This document shows, one piece after another, positions 7,503-15,860 of a DNA stretch of 24,308 nucleotides. The stretch comes from Gemmatimonadota bacterium (GTDB lineage: Bacteria; Gemmatimonadota; Gemmatimonadetes; Gemmatimonadales; GWC2-71-9). Made by a program: the position numbers and the translations under genes. How positions within the stretch are numbered: the first letter of the stretch is position 1; every line of letters starts with the position of its first letter. The notes under the pieces were generated by a model. That model made no database searches. It saw only the letters and a program-made list of their open reading frames with translations, and was not told the DNA's origin. The DNA is taken from positions 1 to 24,308 of the forward strand of contig JBDHKN010000102.1 of the NCBI GenBank assembly GCA_039586365.1, read 5' to 3'.

Positions 7503-9866
7503 ATGACAGATCAACTGGACCGTCTCAAGACTGCTCTCGCTGACCGCTACTCAATAGAGCGGGAGCTAGGCAGGGGTGGCATGGCCACCGTATATCTGGC
7601 TCGCGACCTCAAGCATCAGAGGCTGGTGGCCATAAAGGTCCTGCATCCCAAACTGGCCGCCACGCTGGGTGCCGCACGCTTCGTGCGCGAAGTCTCCATC
7701 GCCGCCAATCTCACTCACCCTCATATCCTACCGCTGCACGACTCCGGAGAATCAGGGCCGTTCCTGTACTACGTTATGCCCTATATCGAGGGCGAGAGTC
7801 TGCGAGACCGGCTGGTCCGGGAAGGCAAGCTGCCGGTGGGGGAGGCGACTCGAATCCTGCACCAAGTGGCTGACGCACTTTCCTACGCACACTCGCGCGG
7901 AATCGTCCACCGAGACGTCAAGCCGGAAAACATAATGCTGGCCGGGCGCAATGCGGTGGTCGCTGATTTCGGCATTGCGAAGGCTCTCTCGGCGGCGAGT
8001 GACGCGACCCAAACGGACGGTCTGACGGCTCTCACCACCGTCGGAGTCGTGATCGGAACTCCCGCATATATGGCACCGGAGCAGGCTATGGGGGACCCGG
8101 ACGTCGATCAGCGGGTCGACATCTATGCTTGGGGTGCAGTGGCGTATGAGATGTTGACCGGGAAACAGCCGTTCAGGGGAAGTACCCAGCAGGAGATCCT
8201 CTCGGCGCAGATCACGCAAGCGCCGGATCCCATCACCCGTGATGGCGTAGCGGTAACCTCGGTACTCACCGAGGTGATCTCCAAGAGCCTGGAACGAAAC
8301 CCGGGAGACCGTTGGCAGAGCGTCGAAGAGTTCCTGCCCCAGCTCGAGTCGTCGAACAGGCAAGAGGTGCCGTTCCTGGTCCGAGCCGGAATCGGTCGGA
8401 TGATCGGGATCGCGGTTGTGATGACCGTACTCGTCGCCTCACTCTGGGTCCTGTGGACGTCGCTCGCGGGCCGAGCGGGCACGTCGAGTGAGACCTCCGC
8501 ATCGTCGATCGCCGTTCTTCCGTTTTCGGACCTGAGCGCCGAGGGAGACGACGAGTTCTTCAGCGATGGTTTGGCGGATGAGCTCATCACCTCCCTTTCC
8601 AAGCTCGACGGGCTGCGAGTAGTGGGCCGGACTTCGGCGTTCTGGTTCAAGGAAAAGAAAGAAGATCTCAGGGCTATTGGAGAGCAGCTGAACGTCGGGG
8701 CCGTTGTCGATGGGAGTGTGCGCCGGGCCGGGGATCGGATTCGCGTGTCGGCGCATCTGATCAGCGTGCACGATGGCTTCGAACTCTGGTCCGATTCGTA
8801 CAACCGAGAGCTGGACGACGTCTTTGCCGTACAGGAAGACGTGGCACAGGCTATCGCGGCCGCGCTCCATGTCCAATTGTCGGATAGCGGCAGAACAATT
8901 GTGGCGACAGGCACCGACGACGTAGCTGCCTACAGCGCTGTTCTGCTCGGGCGGTTTCACTGGAACAAACGGAATGCGCGAGACCTCGTTGTCGCTGCTT
9001 CTCACTTCGAGGAAGCCATAGCGATGGACTCGAGTTTCGCCGGCGCCTGGAGCGGGCTGGCGGACTGTTATGTTCTGTTCCCGCCCTATGGTGTCGAGAC
9101 TTTGTCATGGCAGGAAGCGATCACACGCGCGGAGCACGCCGCACGAACAGCCGTCGCGCTGGATTCCACTTCCGCCGAAGCGCACGCGTCACTTGCCATC
9201 GTGCTCGATGCGCAGTGGAACTGGCAGGCAGCTGGGGACGAATTCCAACAGGCGGTCGCGCTCAACCCCCAGTATGCGACTGCCCATCAATGGTATGCGA
9301 TTTATCTGGTCGGAATCGGACGTCTGCAGGAGGGTCTCGCGGCCATCCGCCGCGCCGAAGAACTCGATCCACTGTCACCGATAATCGGCGTGTGGGTCGC
9401 ACTAGTTCTCGATGTTGTGGGAGAAACCGAGCAGGCCACGACTCAGTTCGAGAAGGTGCTGGGGCTGCACCCCGAAGTCGATCACGTACAGCGCGATGCC
9501 TGGCTGCACTATCTCCGCATCTCGGATTTCGAGCGCGCAGCTCTCCATCTGCAGCGATTCCTAGAAATAACCGGTTCGCCACTGGCCGTCCGTTGGCCCA
9601 GTGGGCTGCGGGATCCTGTGACCCGTACAGCGACGTTGCGAGAAATCGCGGATTCGACTCGCAGCAGCTTCAAGCTGTCGACTGACTTGAACATGATGCT
9701 GGGTGAGAAGGAGATGGCTCTCAGACAGTTGGAACTGAAGTTGTCTGCGCCGGACCAGTTCAAGGACTCTGCTGGAGCATTACGGGCCTACGTGCTAGAC
9801 GCAGAACTTCGTCGCGAGCCCCGGTTCCAAGCGTTGCTGGCGAACATGGGATTGAGCTGGGATTAG
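7503..9866 (+). CDS. Hanks-type Ser/Thr protein kinase with hydrophobic segment, TolB-like domain and TPR repeats
   Basis: Kinase motifs are intact: LGRGGMATVY, VAIKVL, HRDVKPEN, DFG, GTPAYMAPEQ, DIYAWG. These are followed by a hydrophobic segment (IGIAVVMTVLVASLWVLW), the TolB-like SIAVLPFSDLS...FSDGLADELITSL...RVVGRTSAF, and TPR-like repeats (A.ALNP.YA.AHQWY, ELDPLS). Confidence 0.95.
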   Translation: MTDQLDRLKTALADRYSIERELGRGGMATVYLARDLKHQRLVAIKVLHPKLAATLGAARFVREVSIAANLTHPHILPLHDSGESGPFLYYVMPYIEGESLRDRLVREGKLPVGEATRILHQVADALSYAHSRGIVHRDVKPENIMLAGRNAVVADFGIAKALSAASDATQTDGLTALTTVGVVIGTPAYMAPEQAMGDPDVDQRVDIYAWGAVAYEMLTGKQPFRGSTQQEILSAQITQAPDPITRDGVAVTSVLTEVISKSLERNPGDRWQSVEEFLPQLESSNRQEVPFLVRAGIGRMIGIAVVMTVLVASLWVLWTSLAGRAGTSSETSASSIAVLPFSDLSAEGDDEFFSDGLADELITSLSKLDGLRVVGRTSAFWFKEKKEDLRAIGEQLNVGAVVDGSVRRAGDRIRVSAHLISVHDGFELWSDSYNRELDDVFAVQEDVAQAIAAALHVQLSDSGRTIVATGTDDVAAYSAVLLGRFHWNKRNARDLVVAASHFEEAIAMDSSFAGAWSGLADCYVLFPPYGVETLSWQEAITRAEHAARTAVALDSTSAEAHASLAIVLDAQWNWQAAGDEFQQAVALNPQYATAHQWYAIYLVGIGRLQEGLAAIRRAEELDPLSPIIGVWVALVLDVVGETEQATTQFEKVLGLHPEVDHVQRDAWLHYLRISDFERAALHLQRFLEITGSPLAVRWPSGLRDPVTRTATLREIADSTRSSFKLSTDLNMMLGEKEMALRQLELKLSAPDQFKDSAGALRAYVLDAELRREPRFQALLANMGLSWD

Positions 9867-9868
9867 CT

Positions 9869-11815
9869 ATGCCTCCCGCGGGGGGAGCGCGTTTGGATAG
9901 TTTGCTTGGGGGCTTCCACGCCGCACTCAGAACGTCAGCGATCGCTCTAGTCACTGTGCTAGGCACTGCGTGTGCCTCAGGGCATGGTGTCCGCGGTGGT
10001 TACATAGACTTCATCCGGCCGGATCAACGGCCGCCGGGTGTAGGTGAGAGTGCGGCAGGCGACTCGTTGTGGGGGCCACCCGGAGAGAGCGAACGGGGTG
10101 ACGGAATCGCAGAGTCGCGTCGCGCTGATCTCGAGCAACTGGTGCGCCGGTTCGTCCCAACCTTGGTCCTTCCCAAGGCGGATCATGCCAAAGTGGACGG
10201 GCAAAGATATCAGCTGATACCCACGAACATACACTTAATGGCCGACACACTCCGGTTGGACCTTATCCGGGCCGCACCCTACATGTTCCAGGATTCGCTG
10301 AACATTGCACTGCATGATTTGGATGCAGATTCACTTGTCGCACTGACCAACAGTGCCCTGCGATATGAAAGTGATCCCAGTCTGATGGTCGCGTGGTACT
10401 TCGATTGGCGGGGTACAAGCGTGAGGGAGTGGTGGGAAGCCTACGGCAGCTTCCGAACGGGGCCGGATAGCACAGCTTGGTCAGAGCCTACAGTATATGC
10501 CCACCCGTTTCTCGACGGGAACGATAGGGTCGTAGTTCAATATTGGTATTTCTACCCGTTCAATGACTTCATGGGTAATCACGAAGGTGACTGGGAACAC
10601 GTGAATGTGGTTCTCACACCCGACCGGTCCGAAGTCGCTGAGGTCCATTATTACTTCCACCGCCGCAGCATGGCCCTGCCGCAGGGTGACTACCGTCCGG
10701 AAATAATGGATGGTACACACCCGGTCGTATATGTGGGTGGGCGAATGTACAACATACTGGACTTTCCGATCAGAATTCTGGCTGGTGAGAAGAACGAAGG
10801 GTCACACGGAACGTATCCCTATCCTGGAGAGTGGGAGTCCGCAGCCGCGCTCGGATCCCCGGAGGCCGTGCACAAGGCCGACCAGGACTCCACTCGCGTA
10901 CTACAATACCATCGGTTTCGTGTGGTGCTCACGCCTGAGCCCAGCCGCATCGACTACATCGCCAAACCCGAGATCCTCAGGGAGTGGCTCAGCTTCGTGG
11001 TTCCCGTGCGTTGGGGATTCCCCAGCGCTCCTTCGCTGGGTTCCACTGTCAGTGCGGACGTGGGTAACCGCGCGCCGTTCGGCCCCACTTATAACTCGGC
11101 GTGGAACCGCACAGCACCGGGCATGGACTATACCATCTACCGCGTCAGGAGAATCCCGTTCCTGCGCTCGCTCTTCGAGGATCTGCTGCAACCCTGGTAC
11201 TACCTGTACATCTTTCGCACGCCGCGATATGTGGACGATATCCGGAGCGGGCAAGATCGTAAAGATCTGGAACGATTGGGCCTCGTTCCCCGTGGAGGGT
11301 GGGCCGAGCGAGGCCTGGGCTCTCCCAATCTCGGGTTGCATCTGGCGTATCCCCAGGGTGGGTTCTCCGAAGTGTTCAATACGTCGACCGGGTTTCTCCT
11401 GTGGCGCAACCTCTGGGTGAAACTGCGCCTTGGTGCGATCGAGTTCCTGGGCGGGTATCAGCGATTCGCGCGCCGGGAGGCGCCAGGCGGTTCCCTCTTT
11501 GTCTATCCGATCACGACCAGTGTGGTTATTCGTGCGCCAGATGCGCTCTTCAGGCCGTATGCTAGCATTGGCGGGGGAGCCTATGGTTGGGAATCCCGGG
11601 TGCGGGTGTCGGAAGGAGGCCCTCAGCTAGTGGAACCTGGCTGGGACCTTGGCTGGACTGCGAGCGCGGGGGTGGAGTATTACCTCAGGACCGGCGTAGC
11701 GCTCGACGTGGGATTGCGCTATCACTCCACCGCCGGGCCGGGTGAGACCGCCGGAATCCAGGACGGAAGGCTGAACTTCCTTTCTCTCTGGATCGGGCAC
11801 TTTCTCAGATTCTAG
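9869..11815 (+). CDS. Putative lipoprotein with Vps62/NPP1-like domain and C-terminal outer-membrane beta-barrel
   Basis: Lipobox-like LVTVLGTA-C35, then PTVY...VQYWYFYPFNDFMGNHEGDWEHVNV...HYYFH...HPVVYVG...GSHGTY. The last ~165 aa have alternating amphipathic strands (RPYASIGGGAY, AGVEYY, ALDVGLRY) and end in Phe. The ATG starts 2 bp after the kinase stop; an alternative TTG at 9893 has a GGGGAG SD. Confidence 0.72.
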   Translation: MPPAGGARLDSLLGGFHAALRTSAIALVTVLGTACASGHGVRGGYIDFIRPDQRPPGVGESAAGDSLWGPPGESERGDGIAESRRADLEQLVRRFVPTLVLPKADHAKVDGQRYQLIPTNIHLMADTLRLDLIRAAPYMFQDSLNIALHDLDADSLVALTNSALRYESDPSLMVAWYFDWRGTSVREWWEAYGSFRTGPDSTAWSEPTVYAHPFLDGNDRVVVQYWYFYPFNDFMGNHEGDWEHVNVVLTPDRSEVAEVHYYFHRRSMALPQGDYRPEIMDGTHPVVYVGGRMYNILDFPIRILAGEKNEGSHGTYPYPGEWESAAALGSPEAVHKADQDSTRVLQYHRFRVVLTPEPSRIDYIAKPEILREWLSFVVPVRWGFPSAPSLGSTVSADVGNRAPFGPTYNSAWNRTAPGMDYTIYRVRRIPFLRSLFEDLLQPWYYLYIFRTPRYVDDIRSGQDRKDLERLGLVPRGGWAERGLGSPNLGLHLAYPQGGFSEVFNTSTGFLLWRNLWVKLRLGAIEFLGGYQRFARREAPGGSLFVYPITTSVVIRAPDALFRPYASIGGGAYGWESRVRVSEGGPQLVEPGWDLGWTASAGVEYYLRTGVALDVGLRYHSTAGPGETAGIQDGRLNFLSLWIGHFLRF

Positions 11816-11843
11816 CCTGCGTTGTGCAGTCACTGCAGCCAAA

Positions 11844-11871
11844 GTGGGACCGCTTGCCAGAGCGGTCTCGC
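11844..11871. terminator. Hairpin between convergent genes, possible bidirectional terminator
   Basis: GTGGGACCGCT [TGCCAG] AGCGGTCTCGC forms an 11-bp stem with G-U pairs between the stops at 11815 and 11873. There is no strong U tract. Confidence 0.4.
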
Positions 11872-11872
11872 G

Positions 11873-13009
11873 CTACAGGTCCTTGCCGTAGATCCGGTAG
11901 ACTTTGCCGAGCCTCCCTCCCATGAACTCGATGCCGCTGTTGATTTTGTCGTTGTCCTCCAGAGTCCAGCCGAGTTCGCCGACCTTGATGCCCAAGGACT
12001 GAGCCCCGCGATGGGCGCAGACGTATAGCAGGACGCTGAGTCCGCCCAGCGCACTCCCGCGATACTCGGGTTTGACGCCGAGGAGGAACAGTCTGCCTGA
12101 CTGGAACCTGTGGCCTCCCAGCTTCAACCTCCAGATCAGTTTGGCAAGCCCGGTCGGGAACAGACGCCCGTCGAGATCTTTGATGGCCTCGTTGAGGTTG
12201 GGCAGAGCTATCATCATCCCGGCCGGTTCGCCTTCGATCTCGGCAATGGCTGTGATCTCGGGAGCGATGATCATCTTCATCTGTTTAGCTGCGTGTTTCA
12301 CCTCGTTGTCGGTCCAAGGCACGTAGCCCCAGTTGTTGCTCCACGCTGCGTTGAAGACATCACGGACGATGGCGATATCGCGAGCGAGGTGCTTCGGGTC
12401 GGCCTGGCGCACGGCCAAGCCGGGGTGTTTCTCCACTGCAGTGGCGATCTGCATCGCCGCGTCGGGTATCTTGCCGACCTCATAGAACCAGCCGCACAAG
12501 TCCTTGGCCTTCTCGTAGCCGGCTGACTCCAGCAGGCGCGCATAGTAGGGTGGTGTATGGGGGCACATGATCATTGGTGGGCCCTCGCGATCCTCCACCA
12601 AGATCCCCACCTCCTCGTTGGTGGAAAAGCTCTCTGGTCCGAGCACCTTGTCACAGCCCTGTTGCCGCAACCAACTCTCGGCCCTTTCGAGGAGAGCCGT
12701 CGACACCCTCTGGTCGTCGACGCACTCGAAGAAGCCGAAGAACCCTGTCTTGTCCTTGTGATATTCGTTGTGGAGCCGGTTCGTGTGGGCGCTTATCCGT
12801 CCCGCGGTCGCTCCACCATCACCAACGGCCAGGAACAGAGCCACGCTGCCGTGCTCAAAGAACGGATTCTTGTGCGGGTCGAGCGTGTCCAGCACGTCCG
12901 TAATGAGCGGCGGTACCCAACTCGGGTCATTGTCGTAGACCACCCAGGGCATCTTCACGAACTTTCTGCGGTCGGATCTGGACTCGATTTGTCTTATGCT
13001 GACGCTCAT
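11873..13009 (-). CDS. GNAT-family N-acyltransferase, YghO / bacterial ceramide synthase (bCerS)-like
   Basis: 378 aa from ATG 13009: KFVKMPWVVYDNDPSWVPPL, NPFFEH, GRISA, GFFGFFEC, GP..FSTNEEVGILVE, PPYY..LLE..GY.KAKDL, FN.AWS.NWGYVP, LPNLNE, R...LGVKPEYR, ELGWTLEDN. Confidence 0.88.
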   Translation of the reverse strand: MSVSIRQIESRSDRRKFVKMPWVVYDNDPSWVPPLITDVLDTLDPHKNPFFEHGSVALFLAVGDGGATAGRISAHTNRLHNEYHKDKTGFFGFFECVDDQRVSTALLERAESWLRQQGCDKVLGPESFSTNEEVGILVEDREGPPMIMCPHTPPYYARLLESAGYEKAKDLCGWFYEVGKIPDAAMQIATAVEKHPGLAVRQADPKHLARDIAIVRDVFNAAWSNNWGYVPWTDNEVKHAAKQMKMIIAPEITAIAEIEGEPAGMMIALPNLNEAIKDLDGRLFPTGLAKLIWRLKLGGHRFQSGRLFLLGVKPEYRGSALGGLSVLLYVCAHRGAQSLGIKVGELGWTLEDNDKINSGIEFMGGRLGKVYRIYGKDL

Positions 13010-13090
13010 CGCGACATTGCCTGCTGCAGCGGGAGAGATCAAATAGGATGGTGTGACGATAGGGGAAAACGCGGCCGGGCTCAAGAGAGG

Positions 13091-13140
13091 AAGGAAGGTG
13101 AAGGACGGTGAAAGACGGTGAGGGATGGTGAGGGACTGTG
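13091..13140. repeat. Degenerate decamer tandem array, 5 units, consensus RRGGACGGTG
   Basis: AAGGAAGGTG AAGGACGGTG AAAGACGGTG AGGGATGGTG AGGGACTGTG. Confidence 0.85.
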
Positions 13141-13161
13141 GAATGCCACAGGAGCGAGTCG

Positions 13162-13974
13162 ATGCCGGACGCTGATTGCGTCGCTCTCCTGCAGTGGGCA
13201 CTGCCACGGCTGCGAATGAGATGGACTGGGTTCCGCAAGGTGCGCCACCAGGTCTGCAAGCGTGTCCAGCATCGGGCCCGTGACCTGGATCTGCCGGACC
13301 TCGCTGCATATCGCAGGTACCTCGAGGTTCATCCCGGAGAATGGCATGTCTTGGATGCAATGTGTCGCATCACTATCTCGCGCTTCTATCGGGACAAGGC
13401 CGTGTTTGACACGCTGGCCTCCACGGTGCTTCCGCAACTGGCTAGGCGGGCGATGTCCGGTGATCGCCCATCGGTAGCTGTGTGGAGCGCAGGATGTAGC
13501 TCTGGTGAGGAGCCGTACACGGTGGCGTTGCTCTGGGAGTTCATGCTGAGGCGTGACTTCCCGGAGTGCCGTACCCTGATACTCGGCACAGACGGGGAAC
13601 TCAGTCTGCTCCGTCGCGCCCAAGATGCTCGGTATCCGGCGAGCGCCCTGCGTGATCTACCGGCGGATTGGCTGCGTGCGTTCGAACGACGCAAGGACCA
13701 ATACCAGCTGCAGCTCCAGTATCGAACGTCGGCGCATTTCGCAGCCCACGATCTGCGGACTGGCCCGCCAGGCGGGTGTTTTGACCTGCTGCTCTGCAGG
13801 AATCTCGCCTTCACTTACTGGGATGAGGCGCTGCAACTCGAGGCCGTCCGGAACATCGAACGAGCGTTGCGATCTGGCGGTGTCTTGGTTGTCGGAGCTC
13901 ACGAGGGGTTGCCGCCGGGGAGTAGCGGCCTGATCCCTCGGCCGGACAGTAGATGCATGTTTGACAGGCGCTGA
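13162..13974 (+). CDS. cheR: CheR-family SAM-dependent methyltransferase (orphan)
   Basis: AGGAG SD before ATG 13162. Motifs ITISRFYRD, VWSAGCSSGEEPYTVA, ILGTD, F..HDL, FDLLLCRNLAFTYWD and L..GG.LVVGAHE. Confidence 0.9.
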   Translation: MPDADCVALLQWALPRLRMRWTGFRKVRHQVCKRVQHRARDLDLPDLAAYRRYLEVHPGEWHVLDAMCRITISRFYRDKAVFDTLASTVLPQLARRAMSGDRPSVAVWSAGCSSGEEPYTVALLWEFMLRRDFPECRTLILGTDGELSLLRRAQDARYPASALRDLPADWLRAFERRKDQYQLQLQYRTSAHFAAHDLRTGPPGGCFDLLLCRNLAFTYWDEALQLEAVRNIERALRSGGVLVVGAHEGLPPGSSGLIPRPDSRCMFDRR

Positions 13975-14027
13975 CCTGAGCGGATGTAACCACGCCGCGA
14001 CTGTGAGCTGGCGGCTCGGCTGTCGCC

Positions 14028-14249
14028 TCAGCAGGAGCAGTTGGGCGGGCAGCTGCCGCTACAGGTCCTGGTTCTTGCGGTGCTACTCCTCGAGCCGGTC
14101 AACACCGAGACGGCGGAGAAGCACCGTTCCGTTCTGTCGCAGCCGCAAGCGGGGCAGCAAACGGTCAGACCAGCAGAATACTCCGAGATCGACGCGCGAA
14201 TCTCGAAGGCCTCACCGCATTGCTCGCACCGGTAGTCATAGGATGGCAT
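14028..14249 (-). CDS. FmdB-family zinc-ribbon protein
   Basis: MPSYDYRCEQCGEAFE...CPACG...ERCFS with a Cys-rich tail (CSGSCPPNCSC). Confidence 0.88.
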   Translation of the reverse strand: MPSYDYRCEQCGEAFEIRASISEYSAGLTVCCPACGCDRTERCFSAVSVLTGSRSSTARTRTCSGSCPPNCSC

Positions 14250-14328
14250 AGGTCGATACCAGGTTACATCCCTATCTCAAGATAACGTGATAGCGGCGCC
14301 GGTGAGACCGTGCAGGGTGCCGGGGGGA

Positions 14329-15534
14329 TCAGACGGTCAGGCGCTGGTGGGTCTGAAGCAATGTGTCTCTAACCTGCAGTCCGTAGGGGCAAGCACCTGT
14401 GCAGTGGCCACTACAACTTGCACAGGGGAGAGGTTTGCGGCTGGCGGCGAGAGTCGCGTAGTGGTGGATCGCCTTTCCGGGCTGTCCGTAATCTTCGAAG
14501 TACATGGCGCAGCGCATGACATCGCTGATGGCGACCCCGTGGGGGCATGACAACTCGCACAAGTCGCACGTCGCGCGGCAGTATGTGTGCGCGACGGCAT
14601 CCTGGTACTTTCGCAGCGCCGCATGGTCCGAGCGCGTGAGAGCTTTGCCGGATGCGGCAACGTAGGTATCGATGTGCCAGAAAGTGTCCATCGTGAGAAC
14701 GGCGCAGTCTATGTTGCCGTTTTCCAGGACCCAGGCGATGGCAGCCTGCGGGTAGCTCAATTGGTCGTTGAGGGACTGCTTCAGCCTGCCGTACCTGCCT
14801 CCTGCTTGCGTCTTCATCGCGATCGTTCCGATCCCCCTGCCGCGCATTTGTGCGATGAGGGTCTCGATGGCCTCGCTTTCCATGTGGTTGTAGCGCAGCA
14901 TCACCACGTCAACGCATTCCTGGTAGTGTGGTTTCACACACTCAGCCAGGGTCCTTCGCTCGTTGTGCGTGGAGAACCCCGTGAACCGGACCTTTCCCTC
15001 TTGCTTGAAGCGGATGAGACTCTCCACGACGGCTTCGCTCTGCAGGGCGTCCATCGTCTCCATCGAGTGGATGAACAGGCCGTCGACATAATCCGTCTGC
15101 AGTCTTCTCAGACTCGCTTCCAAGGTCCTGGTTATTGCGCGGCGGTCAGTCCGCCTCGCGCTGAAGCCCTGTTTGGTAATGATGTGGGCTTTGTCCCGGA
15201 CTCCCTGCAAGCCCCTGCCCAGGACCTCCTCGCTAACCCCGCCGCTGTAGTTTGCCGCCGTATCAAACAGATTGACGCCCCGGTCGAACGCGTAGCGGAT
15301 CACTCCTGGCTCGTTGATGGCGTTCGCACCGAAGGTGACATCCGAGACGGTGATGCCCGTGTTTCCCAGTTCATTGTAGCGCTGGATCTTGAGGTCAGTT
15401 GTTTGTGGTACCTGTGTTTGCGGTACGCGACTGCCGTCGTTGGATTGTTGCCGGTCCGTGCAGCTCCCCAAGAACACACTTGCGGCCCCCGCCGCGAGCC
15501 CAGACGAAAACTCCCGACGAGATATCGATTTCAT
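14329..15534 (-). CDS. Aldo/keto reductase with Tat signal and C-terminal Fe-S dicluster-type domain
   Basis: Tat motif SRREF plus VFLGS-C. AKR motifs LGNTGITVS, GVNLFDTAANY, SEEVLG, IITK, SLRRLQTDYVD..FIH, GKVRFTGFSTH. C-terminal CRATCDLCELSCP and CASCSGHCTGACP. The start is 15534 (MKSISRREF) or 15636. Confidence 0.9.
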   Translation of the reverse strand: MKSISRREFSSGLAAGAASVFLGSCTDRQQSNDGSRVPQTQVPQTTDLKIQRYNELGNTGITVSDVTFGANAINEPGVIRYAFDRGVNLFDTAANYSGGVSEEVLGRGLQGVRDKAHIITKQGFSARRTDRRAITRTLEASLRRLQTDYVDGLFIHSMETMDALQSEAVVESLIRFKQEGKVRFTGFSTHNERRTLAECVKPHYQECVDVVMLRYNHMESEAIETLIAQMRGRGIGTIAMKTQAGGRYGRLKQSLNDQLSYPQAAIAWVLENGNIDCAVLTMDTFWHIDTYVAASGKALTRSDHAALRKYQDAVAHTYCRATCDLCELSCPHGVAISDVMRCAMYFEDYGQPGKAIHHYATLAASRKPLPCASCSGHCTGACPYGLQVRDTLLQTHQRLTV

Positions 15535-15713
15535 GTGGACAGGTTCACGAGCATAAAGCTGAGTTGTACTCCCACTGCCCGTCGTTGCCTCGAGCACAAC
15601 GCTCTCGGACTCCCTGCTCGAGGCAAGCAGGGACATTGGTTGGTCACACTACCCGACTAACTAGTCCATATACTAAGTTAGAGAACTGCTGCAGCAGGGG
15701 CCAGGTGGCCATT

Positions 15714-15741
15714 CGTCAATCGTCAATCGTCAATCGTCAAT
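15714..15741. repeat. Perfect heptamer tandem repeat (CGTCAAT)x4
   Basis: cgtcaat cgtcaat cgtcaat cgtcaat, in the divergent intergenic region between the AKR and GTPase genes. Confidence 0.95.
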
Positions 15742-15838
15742 CTCCCGTCCCTCCTTGCAGGGCGGCAGCTCCCCCTACATGCTAGAGTATGGGGAGGAGT
15801 ATGTGGCACGGGGTGTGGTCCATGTGGGGAGTCTAGCT

Positions 15839-15860
15839 ATGCCAGCCAAATGCCAGCCAA
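15839..15860 (+). repeat. 11-bp tandem duplication (ATGCCAGCCAA)x2 spanning the GTPase start codon
   Basis: Reads ...ggggagtctagct ATGCCAGCCAA ATGCCAGCCAA cctcacg... Confidence 0.85.

Noticed and set aside
7752..9005. Several 190-260 aa minus-strand ORFs
   Set aside because: They are shadow ORFs opposite the intact kinase gene.
13091..13140. Possible CRISPR array in the repeat tracts (also 19683-19742 and 22082-22336)
   Set aside because: The decamers are contiguous with no spacers, the 22-mers alternate in orientation with ~100-bp gaps, and no cas genes are present.
13010..13360. 117-aa N-terminal extension of the GNAT ORF
   Set aside because: It overlaps cheR on the other strand and runs through the decamer repeat; family similarity starts at M118 (13009).
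14587..15660. 357-aa + strand ORF
   Set aside because: It is antisense to the aldo/keto reductase; long stop-free antisense frames are common in GC-rich genes.
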